A stretch of 32,000 nucleotides of DNA from the NCBI RefSeq assembly GCF_000829235.1, contig NZ_AP012549.1:2550001-2582000 (forward strand), in the 5' to 3' direction. Position numbers and translations under genes: made by a program. This DNA comes from a cyanobacterium endosymbiont of Epithemia turgida isolate EtSB Lake Yunoko. Lineage in GTDB: Bacteria > Cyanobacteriota > Cyanobacteriia > Cyanobacteriales > Microcystaceae. The notes below the pieces were generated by a model. It saw only the letters and a list, made by a program, of their open reading frames with translations. It made no database searches and was not told where the DNA came from. Every line of letters begins with the position of its first letter. The stretch's first letter is position 1. This document shows, one piece after another, positions 31,312-32,000 of this stretch.

Positions 31312-32000
31312 ATGGTAACGCTGCTAGAAAACCCCTTCCGCGTAGGACTACGCCAAGAAAGAACCCCAGAGCCCCTAATACTCGTAATTTTTGGGGCTTC
31401 TGGCGACCTTACTCAACGAAAACTTGTTCCCGCCGTCTATAAAATGAAACAAGAACGGCGACTTCCCCCAGGATTAACTATCGTAGGGGTTGCCCGTCGA
31501 GACTGGAGTCACGATTTTTTTAGGGAACAGGTACGTAAGGGAATTGAAGAATTCTCTGATGGCATCGGCAATGAACAACTCTGGAATGATTTTGCCCAAG
31601 GGTTGTTCTATTGCAGTGGCAACATGGATGAGTTAGAAAGCTATTACAAACTTAAAACCTTCCTAGAAGAACTCGACATCAAGCGAGGAACACGAGGCAA
31701 CCGCGTCTTTTATCTCTCGGTTTCCCCTGAATTCTTCCCTCCTGGCATCAAACAACTAGGGGCGACGGGAATGCTAAGTGATCCTGTTAAACACCGCATT
31801 GTCATTGAAAAACCTTTTGGTAAAGACTTGAGTTCAGCTCGAGTTTTGAATCAGATTGTTCAAAACGTTTGTAAAGAAGAACAAGTTTATCGCATTGACC
31901 ATTATTTAGGCAAAGAAACTGTTCAGAACTTGCTGGTTTTCCGCTTTGCCAACGCCATTTTTGAGCCCCTTTGGAACCATCATTTTGTAGATAACGTTCA
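31312..32000 (+). CDS. zwf: Glucose-6-phosphate 1-dehydrogenase, 5' part, open to the window end
   Basis: Hand-translated from the ATG at 31312: [13 protein letters not shown]...[20 protein letters not shown]...[11 protein letters not shown]...[22 protein letters not shown].... The NADP-binding and active-site signatures are present. It is absent from the ORF track because there is no stop in the window. Confidence 0.93.
   Translation, partial: MVTLLENPFRVGLRQERTPEPLILVIFGASGDLTQRKLVPAVYKMKQERRLPPGLTIVGVARRDWSHDFFREQVRKGIEEFSDGIGNEQLWNDFAQGLFYCSGNMDELESYYKLKTFLEELDIKRGTRGNRVFYLSVSPEFFPPGIKQLGATGMLSDPVKHRIVIEKPFGKDLSSARVLNQIVQNVCKEEQVYRIDHYLGKETVQNLLVFRFANAIFEPLWNHHFVDNV

Overview
This window looks like chromosomal DNA from a unicellular cyanobacterium in reductive decay. 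The gene set suggests a Cyanothece/Crocosphaera-type organism: HypF, hopanoid HpnH, an SLH+OprB porin, a COP23-family relic, a pyruvate kinase with a C-terminal PEP-utilizer domain, and adjacent fbp and zwf. Thirteen apparently intact housekeeping genes are present: hypF, tldD, hpnH, pyk, a DUF4346-like gene, the porin, a conserved hypothetical, argS, bioD, prs, a yjbQ-like gene, fbp and the 5' part of zwf. By my arithmetic on the coordinates they cover about 15.3 kb of 32 kb, roughly 48 %. The remainder is of three kinds. There are two recognisable pseudogenes, cobyrinate a,c-diamide synthase and a COP23-like gene, both riddled with stops and frameshifts. There are a few GC-richer islands of unassignable coding-like debris. 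There are also long, extremely AT-rich tracts with no credible ORFs, including one of about 5.4 kb. I found no rRNA, tRNA, CRISPR array, transposase or recognisable defence or secondary-metabolite cluster. The features I consider most worth follow-up are: (1) a compact GC-rich structured island upstream of the porin gene, with a near-perfect Shine-Dalgarno, a 23-codon ORF, competing helices and a terminator-like hairpin; (2) a set of long, perfect, mutually unrelated hairpin palindromes confined to non-coding DNA; (3) an isolated 58-codon ORF in the gene desert; and (4) the decay pattern itself, including loss of cobalamin synthesis and of a circadian-associated protein. The lineage and lifestyle assignment (possibly an N2-fixing endosymbiont-like genome) is inference only.
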